A stretch of DNA of 30,131 bases from a virus (Duplodnaviria; Heunggongvirae; Uroviricota; Caudoviricetes), in IMG/VR virus record IMGVR_UViG_2923292180_000002; one strand, given 5' to 3'. The position numbers and the translations under genes are program-made. The stretch's first letter is position 1, and every line of letters begins with the position of its first letter. This document shows, piece after piece, positions 8,265-17,503 of this stretch. The notes below the pieces were generated by a model that was given only the letters and a program-made list of their open reading frames with translations, did not search any database and was not told the origin of the DNA.

Positions 8265-9598
8265 TATGCAGCTCTCACAATATAATTAAATGACGTATTA
8301 CGTGGTCGTACTGATATCCATGCACTATAAAAACCGTCTTCTGCTGTTCTCTGCGTTCCCGTAATGGAGTTATCAGACGAAGCTGGAACATAGTTACTGC
8401 TGTCGCCAGCTTTAGAATTAGCAGGTATCCCGCTTGTTTGTACTTTATCGGCGGAAGCAAATGCTATCCCCACCTTGACAGAGGTTGTTGTATCAACCCC
8501 GTAATAATCCTGTAACGCTGTACGAATAAAAGTTGCATCCTGACCACTGAGTAGTGATCGTCCACTGTCTACACCGCGTCCATCATCCCAGCCACGAATA
8601 AACTCACCGCGTAAATCAGGCAATTTATTTGTCGGGTAAGCCTTTGCCAGTTCCGGGTATTCTTCAGCAGAAAAAGCTGCACCATTGCATTTCAACCAGC
8701 CTGTCGGTGGTGTAGCTGAAGGCCACGGAACAGGCACACCAACCGGTAATGCTGAACCTTCTCCCAAACCAAGGTATGCGAGAAGACCAGCCACATCCTT
8801 TCCACTCAAATGAGTCAGCGTCTCATCCAGTGGCTGCTTACCTGACAGCGCATTGTTAATGGTGGTACTGAATTTCGGGTCATTGTTAATGGCTGCGGCA
8901 ATTTCTTTCAGTGTGTCCAGCGTGGCTGGCGCACCGTTAATCAGAGCGGTAATAGCGGCCTGAACAAACGCAGTGGTCGCAATCCGCGTGGTGTTATTTC
9001 CTGCGGCAGGCGTCGGCGCTTTTGGTTCTCCGGTAAATGTCGGATTATGTTTCTGCGCATACTGGGTATGAGGATCCTGTGCGGCAATGTGGTTTCTCAT
9101 CTGGTCATCCACATACAGCCTTAATTCCAGGACTTCATCATCCACGTATTTACGGGTCGCCAGTACCACCGACGGGTCGATTTTCAGCGTGATAGCTTCG
9201 GTATTCGTGACAACCAGAATCATGCGGATAGTCTGGGTACGACCACTGCCTTCCTGCAACTGCGGTTTGTACGTTTCCGGGCAGTTCGCCACCGCAATGA
9301 GTACGCCTTCATCATCATAAAGCCCAATCTCACGGATCCAGAATCCGCCCTCGTTCTCAGGGATGATTTGCTCCGCAATAATCTGGCTCTGGTTGTTCGG
9401 GTCAACACTCAGAAGATTCAGCGGCGCGATGCGTTTCTGGTTAATCAGTTTTGTCTGTGCCGGGTCTGGTGTCGGCAAGACACCATTCGCATCACCAACG
9501 GCCATTTGCGTCAGATTCAGCTTACTGCCGAGCATCGTCGCGTTAGCCAGCCGTGCTGCGCCCTGATTAGTCAGAATGGCGTAGTATTTCACTGTCAT
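8264..9598 (-). CDS. H: Tail fibre protein H (constant N-terminus plus currently expressed variable C-terminus with tail-collar-like domain)
   Basis: 444-aa ORF with a P2 gpH-like N-terminus (MTVKYYAILTNQGAARLANA...). The C-terminal part carries a phage tail collar-like motif (PWPSATPPTGWLKCNGAAFSAEEYPELAKAY...LPDLRGEFIRGWD). Confidence 0.88.
   Translation of the reverse strand: MTVKYYAILTNQGAARLANATMLGSKLNLTQMAVGDANGVLPTPDPAQTKLINQKRIAPLNLLSVDPNNQSQIIAEQIIPENEGGFWIREIGLYDDEGVLIAVANCPETYKPQLQEGSGRTQTIRMILVVTNTEAITLKIDPSVVLATRKYVDDEVLELRLYVDDQMRNHIAAQDPHTQYAQKHNPTFTGEPKAPTPAAGNNTTRIATTAFVQAAITALINGAPATLDTLKEIAAAINNDPKFSTTINNALSGKQPLDETLTHLSGKDVAGLLAYLGLGEGSALPVGVPVPWPSATPPTGWLKCNGAAFSAEEYPELAKAYPTNKLPDLRGEFIRGWDDGRGVDSGRSLLSGQDATFIRTALQDYYGVDTTTSVKVGIAFASADKVQTSGIPANSKAGDSSNYVPASSDNSITGTQRTAEDGFYSAWISVRPRNTSFNYIVRAA
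8759..8784. repeat. Right crossover (gix/hix-like) site inside H
   Basis: ttctcccaaaccaaggtatgcgagaa; its first 14 nt are the reverse complement of 6913..6926 (with the preceding c, the shared core is 15 bp, 8758..8772). Lies in the H reading frame at ...LAYLGLGEG... Confidence 0.55.
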
Positions 9599-10206
9599 GC
9601 GTTTACTCTCAGGTTATCAATTAAATGAATGGCCGAGGCCGGGAAATAATCCCCTCCGACAATAATGGCCTCCGGGGTGTAGGGATAAACCGTCAGGGCG
9701 TCACCGTGATAGCATCCCGCACCGGCAAAAATGTTGCCGGTTGTACTTAAACTGATAGCCAGTCCCGTCAGATGGCGGCTTGCCGGTTTTGCATCAGCAA
9801 CTAGGCGCTCCAGCTCCTGATACATTTCTTCGGTAATACCCTGCTCAAGCACGCCAACAACGATACGGAACGTCCCCGGCTCCTCGTTGAGCTGCCACCA
9901 CTCCCTCACCTCAATCAGATAGCCGAGCGGCTCCACCACACGCCGGATTGCGCCTATAGTGCCCTTATGGCAGTGAATGAAATACGCATCGCGGATAACA
10001 GCGCGTTTTGTCGCTTCCGGCCATTTATCATCCCAGCGGTCAACCGAAAATGACCACGCCAGCCACGGCAGCAGATTTGCCGGGCAGGTGTCCGGGTTCC
10101 ACAGCTCACGAATACTGACCGGCGTTTTTTCAATTTCCGCACAGGCTTTTGCGGCGGCAACTTCAAGCAGTGATGAGCCGGTCGGCAGCAGTCGCGAATC
10201 ACTCAT
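9595..10206 (-). CDS. I: Baseplate assembly protein I
   Basis: 203-aa ORF, synteny between J and H; P2 gpI-like N-terminus. The ORF track start may be slightly long. Confidence 0.82.
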   Translation of the reverse strand: MSDSRLLPTGSSLLEVAAAKACAEIEKTPVSIRELWNPDTCPANLLPWLAWSFSVDRWDDKWPEATKRAVIRDAYFIHCHKGTIGAIRRVVEPLGYLIEVREWWQLNEEPGTFRIVVGVLEQGITEEMYQELERLVADAKPASRHLTGLAISLSTTGNIFAGAGCYHGDALTVYPYTPEAIIVGGDYFPASAIHLIDNLRVNA

Positions 10207-11107
10207 CCGAGCCTCCGGTCACGACGCTGTATTCGGTACAGAAAGACGCCTGCGTACTGTTGAGCACGATGTCAGCCAGCGGTGCAGCCAGTTCGACACG
10301 CTGCACACCTTCCACATGCAAAGCGGCATAAATGGCAGACAGACGGATATCGCGCCCCAGCCGGTGCTGTGCCGTGATATACGCTTCCAGTTTTTTCACG
10401 GCGGCAGCGCGGATGGGTTCGCTTTCGGGACCAGGGTAAAGGTAAAGCGTGGCGTTTATCTGGTATTCAACGATGGCGGCAGACTGCACGGTCACGCGGT
10501 CGGCCACCGGCCTGACGTCCTCGCCATTCAGGGCGTTACGCACCACGGCCAGCAGGTCTTCGGATGCGACACCGTTATTTTCACGTGACAGCACAGAGAT
10601 AGTGACGCAGGCCGGAGACGGACTGGTGACAGAAATATCCGCGACACGCCCGTCGGCACTGCGGCCATGATACTGATAGGCACCCACCGACCCGGCGACG
10701 CTTAAACCTTCAAACGCCTGCTGAATACGCAGACGATAATCGGTGTCAGACTCCATCACTGCCGGTGTCGGCGGGATGGTCGAATCATCTGCCGGGGTGA
10801 TAGTCAGGCGCGTGGTGTTGTAATTGGCACCAATCACATCAAGGTCATTACCGGCGGCACAGGCCAGCATCACCGCCCGTGCGGCCTCATTCACACGCTG
10901 ACGCCAGATAAGCTCACGATAAGCATTTTCCTCCAGCAGTTTGACGAGAGGCTCAGATTCCAGCGTCAGGGTACGGGCGACCGCCTCCTGCTGGTCTTCC
11001 GGGTAAAGGGAAATCAGTGTCGCCTTGCGTTCGGCAAGAATGGTTTCAAAGTCCAGCTCCTCGACCACATCCGGTGCGGGTAGCTGGTTCAGGTCGATAA
11101 TCGGCAT
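10199..11107 (-). CDS. J: Baseplate assembly protein J
   Basis: 302-aa ORF, P2 gpJ length and position. Confidence 0.88.
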   Translation of the reverse strand: MPIIDLNQLPAPDVVEELDFETILAERKATLISLYPEDQQEAVARTLTLESEPLVKLLEENAYRELIWRQRVNEAARAVMLACAAGNDLDVIGANYNTTRLTITPADDSTIPPTPAVMESDTDYRLRIQQAFEGLSVAGSVGAYQYHGRSADGRVADISVTSPSPACVTISVLSRENNGVASEDLLAVVRNALNGEDVRPVADRVTVQSAAIVEYQINATLYLYPGPESEPIRAAAVKKLEAYITAQHRLGRDIRLSAIYAALHVEGVQRVELAAPLADIVLNSTQASFCTEYSVVTGGSDE

Positions 11108-11111
11108 GGTT

Positions 11112-11459
11112 TCAACTCACAGGGATGGTTAACGAAAGTGGCTGGCCGGTGTCGTTGTGCTGACCGGTTAACGTGACCGTCATTCGCCCGTCAAAACTGC
11201 GCGCCGTGGTGACGGATGACAGGGTGACGCGGGGTTCCCATTTCAGCACTGCCATGTAACAGGCGACCTTAATCTGCAACTCAAGCGCCGGAGTCTGCGG
11301 CTGGTCAATCATTGACGCCAGCAACGAGCCGTAATCACGACGCATCACCCGTGAGCCGACCGGTGTGCGCAGGATATCGCCGATACTCTGGCTGATATGC
11401 TCAAGGTCAGTGACCGTCAGGCCATCACTGCGATTCATTCCGAGATAACGCGCTGTCAT
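11112..11459 (-). CDS. W: Baseplate assembly protein W (GPW/gp25 family)
   Basis: 115-aa ORF, P2 gpW size and position. Confidence 0.85.
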   Translation of the reverse strand: MTARYLGMNRSDGLTVTDLEHISQSIGDILRTPVGSRVMRRDYGSLLASMIDQPQTPALELQIKVACYMAVLKWEPRVTLSSVTTARSFDGRMTVTLTGQHNDTGQPLSLTIPVS

Positions 11460-12091
11460 AAAGGACTCCCGGTTGTGCCGCCGCTGTCGCCGGGGTGTTT
11501 GTGGGTATGCAGTACCTTACCGTTTGATGAGAGTTCACCGCCGGTGTGTTCAATGTTGCCGCGCATCGTCCCGCCCTTCTGCACTTCCAGCGTGCCGGTA
11601 GTCAGTTTGTTAGTGCAGACCACTTCCGGTGTGTCCAGAGTGACACGGGTTGACGATTTCACCGTGACCACCGGTACCGTGGCAGTAACAGAATCAGAAG
11701 CCGTCACGCTGGCCGTTTTAATTCCGCTTACCGTGAGTGCACTGGTTTCGGGTTCATATTCAATCACCGCCCCGTCAGGGAAACGGATATGCAGGGCATC
11801 CGCCGACGCAGACGGCGCGGGGTTATCGCCGGAATAAATCCCCGGCAGAACGAACGCCGTGTCGAGTTCACCGCCCACGGCCAGAATCAGCACCTGTTCC
11901 CCCACGGAAGGTGCCCACCATGTGCGCGAACGTCCGGCGCGATGGGTCAGCCACTGAAGCCAGTCGGTGCACATGCCGCCGGTCTGCACACGGCAGCGAC
12001 CGGCGTTAAGGTCGGTTTCGACGATAATGCCGGTGCGGATCATGTTGCGCAGTGCGCGCGCGAGTTCCTGAATATTTGCGAGAGTGTTCAT
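11456..12091 (-). CDS. V: Baseplate spike/assembly protein V
   Basis: 211-aa ORF, first gene of the V-W-J-I-H-G block. Confidence 0.85.
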   Translation of the reverse strand: MNTLANIQELARALRNMIRTGIIVETDLNAGRCRVQTGGMCTDWLQWLTHRAGRSRTWWAPSVGEQVLILAVGGELDTAFVLPGIYSGDNPAPSASADALHIRFPDGAVIEYEPETSALTVSGIKTASVTASDSVTATVPVVTVKSSTRVTLDTPEVVCTNKLTTGTLEVQKGGTMRGNIEHTGGELSSNGKVLHTHKHPGDSGGTTGSPL

Positions 12092-12157
12092 AACGGGAAG
12101 GATGCCGCCGGGTCATACCGGCGGCAATGTGACGATGAGGTGTCTGGAATGGCACAA

Positions 12158-12610
12158 CTAACGGTCGAGGTGAGCCAGGATAATCTCTTCAATCATCTGC
12201 ACATCCTCACCGGTAAAGCCGAGCAGAGGACGCGCCGGATAATCAATTTTCTTACCGTCCTTCCGGTTTTCTTCCGACAGACCAAACTGATGCACACTGG
12301 CGATTTTCGGTGACTTTCCGCCGTAAAACTCCATTGATGCCTGTTCAGGGCTGGCGCGGATATGCAAAAAACGACTGGTGATAAGTTTCGCAAACATTTT
12401 TCGCTTAACGCGACCGGTCTTTTTTCTGACGCTCTGCTGCTGGCGTGGCGCGTAGGGTGTGCCGTCCGGGGCTTTCTGTGCCATCACCCGACGCTGCTGA
12501 CTCTGCCGCAGACGTTTCGCCAGTTCGGCACTCAGTCGCCGACGCCCAGACGGTGACAGCGACTCAATCAGTCCGGTCAGCCGGTCTTCAAAACGCTTAA
12601 ACTCATTCAT
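12158..12610 (-). CDS. S: Tail completion protein S
   Basis: 150-aa ORF, P2 gpS size and position. Confidence 0.85.
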   Translation of the reverse strand: MNEFKRFEDRLTGLIESLSPSGRRRLSAELAKRLRQSQQRRVMAQKAPDGTPYAPRQQQSVRKKTGRVKRKMFAKLITSRFLHIRASPEQASMEFYGGKSPKIASVHQFGLSEENRKDGKKIDYPARPLLGFTGEDVQMIEEIILAHLDR

Positions 12611-13070
12611 CCCACTTACTCACCAGTTCGCCATTGATATAAAGCTCCATCGGGCGGGTGACCGGCTCCGGCGGCGGGGGTTCCGGTATATTCTTCACAT
12701 GCAGCGCGCCGCCCACCTCACTGACCAGCGTGCGTTCGGTCAGCATCAGGCTGATACTGATATCAAAGCTGCTGTCATTGTTGATGTCTGCATAAAACGT
12801 GAAGCCTTTTTTCTGGCCTTCGTCGGTGGTCATGATGTCGGGCTGATTTTCCCGCAGCCACGCCAGCACCGGCACGATGAGCAGGTCAAAATCACCGGTA
12901 AAATCGGTCACAATGACATTGAGCGTGTAACGCTTTTCGAATGACAGCGACGTCGCCAGTGTGGAGGCAATACTCCCGTTATCCACGAATATCCGAAGCA
13001 TATCGGGGTTAGTTTTCAGCACCGTGACGGCATCAGTCAGCGCCCTGCGCAGGCTGTCGGGTTTGAGCAT
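12603..13070 (-). CDS. R: Tail completion protein R
   Basis: 155-aa ORF, P2 gpR size and position. Confidence 0.85.
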   Translation of the reverse strand: MLKPDSLRRALTDAVTVLKTNPDMLRIFVDNGSIASTLATSLSFEKRYTLNVIVTDFTGDFDLLIVPVLAWLRENQPDIMTTDEGQKKGFTFYADINNDSSFDISISLMLTERTLVSEVGGALHVKNIPEPPPPEPVTRPMELYINGELVSKWDE

Positions 13071-13323
13071 CGTTTTCGTCCTGACAGTGTTTAATCATTT
13101 TTACCTGGCTGGCACAGCGTGCCAGCGCGTTCTCAAGCTGCCGGATATCGGCACTTAAATCGCCGTTCGTCTGCGGGTCACTGCCCGGCATCGGGCAAAG
13201 ACTCACTTTCGGGCAGGCGTTGTGGACAATCACTGGCGTCGGTGCAGGCGGGGCGCTGGTGCAACCGGCGCACAGCATCAGGCAGGTCAGCGCCATACCA
13301 GCGGCGGAAATCTTCGTTTTCAT
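13033..13323 (-). CDS. lysC: LysC, Rz1-like outer-membrane spanin lipoprotein
   Basis: Internal start MKTKISAAGMALTCLMLCAGC within ORF 13033..13440 gives a signal peptide plus lipobox (LCAGC) and a proline-rich mature part. Embedded in the +1 frame of lysB and extending into R. Confidence 0.75.
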   Translation of the reverse strand: MKTKISAAGMALTCLMLCAGCTSAPPAPTPVIVHNACPKVSLCPMPGSDPQTNGDLSADIRQLENALARCASQVKMIKHCQDENDAQTRQPAQGAD

Positions 13324-13603
13324 TGAGTAATCTCGTGATGGTTTTCTCGCGCTGAGCTTCACGCTTCGCGGCGTTTTCCAGTTCCTGACGCAGTGCCACC
13401 TGCGCCAGCTCGTTTTTGTCTGCCCTGGTGAGCGCAACATGAAGCTGATTTTTCAGCATGGTGATGGTCGCCTGTTGCTCGCTGGCTACGTTGTTTGCCC
13501 TGTCCAGTGAGGTGCGCAGGCTGGCGTTTTTATGCTTCGCCAGAAACAGACCGGTCACCGCCAGCGATAACAACACGACCAGCACAATCATCAGCTTTGA
13601 CAT
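13178..13603 (-). CDS. lysB: LysB, Rz-like inner-membrane spanin
   Basis: 141-aa ORF with an N-terminal TM helix (MSKLMIVLVVLLSLAVTGLFLA) followed by a coiled-coil periplasmic domain. Confidence 0.82.
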   Translation of the reverse strand: MSKLMIVLVVLLSLAVTGLFLAKHKNASLRTSLDRANNVASEQQATITMLKNQLHVALTRADKNELAQVALRQELENAAKREAQREKTITRLLNENEDFRRWYGADLPDAVRRLHQRPACTDASDCPQRLPESESLPDAGQ

Positions 13604-14016
13604 AGTTCCCGCCCCTCAAGACGCTGACGACAGGCTTTACGTATCAGCCGGAAAAACAGCGACGCCACAAGATAAATCAGCGCGGTAAAAATCCACCCGG
13701 CAGCGACCAGCGAGATAAACGTCGCCACCATCACTACCAGAGCCGCCGCCCGTCTGCGCCACGGCACCGGCTGCAAAAACAGCGACGTGACAATCTTCAC
13801 GGCCAGCGATTCCGGCGGCAGCTCCCGCCCGTAGCGTTCCAGTACATACTCCGTGGCATACACGCCGACACCACCGGCAACCACACAGATAACCGTCGCC
13901 ATAATCGCCCAGGCGGCGACAAAATTAACGGCCACGCTCTGCGGGTAAATCAGGGACAGTGCCAGCATCAGCGCCAGCGACACGTTCAGCGTCAGTGAAA
14001 GGGATAATTTCTTCAT
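13591..14016 (-). CDS. lysA: LysA, lysis timing membrane protein
   Basis: 141-aa polytopic membrane protein immediately downstream of K. Confidence 0.8.
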   Translation of the reverse strand: MKKLSLSLTLNVSLALMLALSLIYPQSVAVNFVAAWAIMATVICVVAGGVGVYATEYVLERYGRELPPESLAVKIVTSLFLQPVPWRRRAAALVVMVATFISLVAAGWIFTALIYLVASLFFRLIRKACRQRLEGRELCQS

Positions 14017-14030
14017 GGTGTTTACTCCGT

Positions 14031-14528
14031 TTAAGCCGGTACGCCGCCGGCGGTACGCCAGACGGTGACCAGTTTTTCCAGTGAATGCTCACGCTGACCG
14101 TAACCGGCACCCGGCAGGGACGCCCAGATATTGCGACAGCGTGAAATGGCGCGCTCAATGCGCCCCGCCCGGATGTCATCCAGCGCACCGCGTTCGCGGA
14201 TCAACTGAATGGCGAGTCTGTCCTGTGACAACGGACTGAAATCCGGCAGGGCAAGCTGTTTGCGGTAATGCGGCCAGAACAGGTAAAGCTGCTGATAGCG
14301 ACCGGAGGCCGTGGATTTTTCACCGCGACGGTTAAACACCTTCGCCGGTCGGCCATGTGCGAACGGGTGGTCACTGTAGTCGGTGAAGATTTCCGGCTTC
14401 CCGTCCAGTCCGGTGACTATCACGTCATAGCCCCGGTTTTTCGTCAGCGGATGATTCGCCGTCCCTTCGGACACGGCCAGCATGTCGAGAAAGGCAGCGA
14501 TATTCTGATGCGTATTGATTACCGGCAT
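14031..14528 (-). CDS. K: Endolysin K (phage lysozyme)
   Basis: 165-aa ORF between holin and lysA, P2 gpK size and position. Confidence 0.85.
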   Translation of the reverse strand: MPVINTHQNIAAFLDMLAVSEGTANHPLTKNRGYDVIVTGLDGKPEIFTDYSDHPFAHGRPAKVFNRRGEKSTASGRYQQLYLFWPHYRKQLALPDFSPLSQDRLAIQLIRERGALDDIRAGRIERAISRCRNIWASLPGAGYGQREHSLEKLVTVWRTAGGVPA

Positions 14529-14809
14529 TACGGTTTCCCCCTGCCCTTAAAGCGGCGCTGAATGGCAATCTCAATCACCTGATAACCGGCGATACCCAGC
14601 ATGGAGCCGATGCCGCACACCGCAGGCAGTGACAGGTCAGGAAACTGCACCAGAACAACACCGGCAACCATCGAGACAAAACCACCGAGCAACATGCGCC
14701 CGATAAACAGACGCGGGGTGATGGGTTCACCACCGGCAAGCACCTTGCCGACAACAATCAGCACCCCAATCATGAAAAGCGACAGGACGCTTTTTTCTTC
14801 TGCTGTCAT
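14528..14809 (-). CDS. Y: Holin Y
   Basis: 93-aa ORF with hydrophobic TM segments and a charged C-terminus (RRFKGRGKP). Confidence 0.85.
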   Translation of the reverse strand: MTAEEKSVLSLFMIGVLIVVGKVLAGGEPITPRLFIGRMLLGGFVSMVAGVVLVQFPDLSLPAVCGIGSMLGIAGYQVIEIAIQRRFKGRGKP

Positions 14810-14812
14810 GCG

Positions 14813-15016
14813 TTACTCCCACAGATTGACAGTTTCAGCCACGGGCGCGGTCTGAACGTCGGGCAGTTCGACGGCGGTGCCGTGCGGCAGCACCGCGCCC
14901 AGTTCAGCCAGTCCCGGATTTGCGGCGAGCACGGCTTCGACCACGCCCTCAGTGCGCCCGTAATACCGGACACAGATGGCGTCGAGCGTGTCGCCCTGTA
15001 GCGCAAAGGTCTTCAT
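14813..15016 (-). CDS. X: Tail protein X
   Basis: Internal start MKTFALQGDTLDAICVRYYGRTEGVVEAVLAANPGLAELG... gives the 67-aa P2 gpX-length product. Its ATG overlaps the L stop (ATGA). Confidence 0.85.
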   Translation of the reverse strand: MKTFALQGDTLDAICVRYYGRTEGVVEAVLAANPGLAELGAVLPHGTAVELPDVQTAPVAETVNLWE

Positions 15017-15525
15017 CAGATTTGACTCACGATGCAGCGCGGCTTGTCCTGGATGCGCGCCACTGCCCAGCGCATATCCCGCCACAGCTCATCAATGGTG
15101 CTGTCAATGCTGTCGGCCTTCTTGTCGCCTTTCGCACTGGCATCCACGCCGCGATAACGCTCATAAAGCGATGCGGTCGCCATCGCACACACGGCGCGCT
15201 CGTAGTAAAAAACTTTGATGCTTTCACCGTCGATGTCGTCCGCCGGGACGTCCGCCAGACGCGTAAAACCGGCAGCAATTTTCTGTTCGCGGTACTCGTA
15301 CAGCTCCGCATTCGTCTCCGCCATGCCTGACTTGATGGCCTCACGCAGACGGGCGGGGGCGACGGTCTGCTCAAGGCGCATACGTTCCCGGACGCGCTTC
15401 GGGTCGATATCGGGAAAAAAGAACGTGTTTTTAATCACCGGCTCGTCGCCTGCCGGTTGCGGGATGACCACCGTACCCTCACCGGACACGGGAGCCTCCT
15501 TTCGCGGAATAATCAGCGTCATCAT
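15016..15525 (-). CDS. L: Capsid completion protein L
   Basis: Internal start MMTLIIPRKEAPVSGEG... gives 169 aa (P2 gpL length); the ORF track extends 20 codons further upstream. Confidence 0.85.
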   Translation of the reverse strand: MMTLIIPRKEAPVSGEGTVVIPQPAGDEPVIKNTFFFPDIDPKRVRERMRLEQTVAPARLREAIKSGMAETNAELYEYREQKIAAGFTRLADVPADDIDGESIKVFYYERAVCAMATASLYERYRGVDASAKGDKKADSIDSTIDELWRDMRWAVARIQDKPRCIVSQI

Positions 15526-15624
15526 GACTACCTCTGAAAAGTCGGGCGGTGGACGCCGGTGCAGTGTCAGGTGATTCACCCACACTGACCGGCGTGCCGC
15601 CCTGGCGCGGGGCGCATTCGGTTG

Positions 15625-16368
15625 TTAACTGGCTTTCTTTTTCGGGCGTCCACGTTTTGCCGGTGTCACGCTCCGGGTCTTACGCGTGGCACGGGTGGCC
15701 GCTTTGGGCTGCGGCTCCGGCTTCGGTTTCAGCTCCCGCTCCAGTCGTTCAATCTCTTTTTTGACGCCTGCCTGACAGTCGAGCTGTGTCGCACGTTGCA
15801 GGTGAGCCAGCGCACCGGCGGCATCACCACCGTCACGCAGAAACAGACCGGTGATTTTGTGCAGCTTTGCGCGCACTTCATCAGGCATGTCAGCCGTGGC
15901 GGTCAGTTCAAGGGTCTCCGTCAGCAGGCGGGTATCCACAGACTCACCGGCAGCGTGAGCGCGCATGGCCGCAAGCGCTACCTCCTCGGTGAACATGTAC
16001 GGCGGGGTACGGCGGTGTTTACCCGGCATGGTCAGACCGTACTTCAGGGCATAACGGGCAATCTCCAGCGCACCGGCAATATCGCCGGTATCCAGACGCC
16101 ACAGCATGACCGTCATCAGAATGTCATCCTGTGCACCTTTGCCCTGCTCCAGCACGCCGTTCACCCACGGCAACCAGAACGGCAGCAGTTCGCGTTTTTT
16201 CGCGGCCTTCAGCTCTTTTGAATAAATCGCTTTCAGTGTGCGCTGGTCTGCGGCCAGCTTAACCAGCATCTGCTCATAGACAGTTGCATGTCGCAGCGGG
16301 GCGGCTTCCCGCTGCGCGGTTATCGCTGCCGAGACCCGCATCATGTGGCGCTGTGCGGGACTCGTCAT
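15625..16368 (-). CDS. M: Terminase endonuclease (small) subunit M
   Basis: 247-aa ORF, P2 gpM size and position; basic C-terminal tail. Confidence 0.85.
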   Translation of the reverse strand: MTSPAQRHMMRVSAAITAQREAAPLRHATVYEQMLVKLAADQRTLKAIYSKELKAAKKRELLPFWLPWVNGVLEQGKGAQDDILMTVMLWRLDTGDIAGALEIARYALKYGLTMPGKHRRTPPYMFTEEVALAAMRAHAAGESVDTRLLTETLELTATADMPDEVRAKLHKITGLFLRDGGDAAGALAHLQRATQLDCQAGVKKEIERLERELKPKPEPQPKAATRATRKTRSVTPAKRGRPKKKAS

Positions 16369-16371
16369 CGG

Positions 16372-17445
16372 TTACGCTCCCGGCTCTGCTGTCGCCTTAG
16401 CCGGTGTGGAGAAATCACCGACCTTAATTTTTTCCACCAGACAACCGGCGGCGTAGTCTTCCACCACGTAATCAATGTTCATTGACTCGTAGTTCTCCAC
16501 GCGGTCGAGTTTCGGATTTTCCTCAATCACGCGGCGATGGCTGTCATCCATGTAGTAGATGGACAGGTTTTCCAGCTTCGTGATGAGCATCGCATCCGCC
16601 GGGAAGTACGGGACGCGTACCGCCGGCAGGTTACCGATGCGTTTCTGGCTGATGATGACGTCAGCGGCCAGCATCTCGCTGTTGTCCTGCTCCTTGTTAA
16701 CGATGGGGAAATACTTGTCCGCCAGTAGCTGACGCCCCACAATCACCACAAGGTCAGGGTCTTCCTGATACCACGGCTCAATCAGGTTGTTGGTCGCATC
16801 CATCACCAGTGCATCGAGGCTGGCATAATCACCGCCCTTACCCACGCGGATGACCTCAGAGGTCGTGTGACCTTCCTCGTCAGTAACCTTGCTCATCACG
16901 CGCGCCGGGGCTTCATTGCGGTATTTCTGCAGCCAGCCGACCGCCACATCCTGCAGCATCGGATTGCTGCTGCGGTCAGAGGTTTCGGCACGCTTCACGC
17001 CGTTAAAACCGGCCATGATGAAATCAAGGGACTGGCGTTTGATAATGGCGTTACGGATACGGAGCTGGAAATCCTGATAACGCGCCCACAGGTCCAGCGT
17101 TTTGTAGCGGATATAAAAATCGAAGTTAATCTGGTCGCATTCGTACTTGTTTGACGCCAGCTTCGAGAAGTCCTTCGGCTGACGCTCGGTGCCACCGGCG
17201 GTGTCGGTGGTGCTGGCGATGGAGCCGGTGACACCGATGCCAATTTTTTCCCCTTTCATTTCGCTGACCGGCACAATATTGATGCGGGTCAGAAAGTCAG
17301 AGGACTCCTGCATGGTGTTCATCAGGGTCTGGGTGACCGACGGTTCAACGGTGAACTTTTTCGACACATCACCGGCGTCGATGCCGTTCAGTTCGGCAAC
17401 ACGGGACAGGTAGGCATTAAATTTAAAGCGGGTTTCCTGGCGCAT
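16372..17445 (-). CDS. N: Major capsid protein N
   Basis: 357-aa ORF, P2 gpN size and position. Confidence 0.9.
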   Translation of the reverse strand: MRQETRFKFNAYLSRVAELNGIDAGDVSKKFTVEPSVTQTLMNTMQESSDFLTRINIVPVSEMKGEKIGIGVTGSIASTTDTAGGTERQPKDFSKLASNKYECDQINFDFYIRYKTLDLWARYQDFQLRIRNAIIKRQSLDFIMAGFNGVKRAETSDRSSNPMLQDVAVGWLQKYRNEAPARVMSKVTDEEGHTTSEVIRVGKGGDYASLDALVMDATNNLIEPWYQEDPDLVVIVGRQLLADKYFPIVNKEQDNSEMLAADVIISQKRIGNLPAVRVPYFPADAMLITKLENLSIYYMDDSHRRVIEENPKLDRVENYESMNIDYVVEDYAAGCLVEKIKVGDFSTPAKATAEPGA

Positions 17446-17503
17446 AGTTTTTCCTGAAATTAAGGGTTAATCGTGAAGGTTTTCCCGGACTGACTGACGC
17501 CGG

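Noticed and set aside
9977-10588. 203-aa plus-strand ORF antisense to I/J
   Set aside because: Overlaps two syntenic baseplate genes on the other strand; no start context or recognisable domain.
15622-16221. 199-aa plus-strand ORF antisense to terminase small subunit gene M
   Set aside because: Arg/Gly/Thr-rich shadow translation of GC-rich coding DNA.
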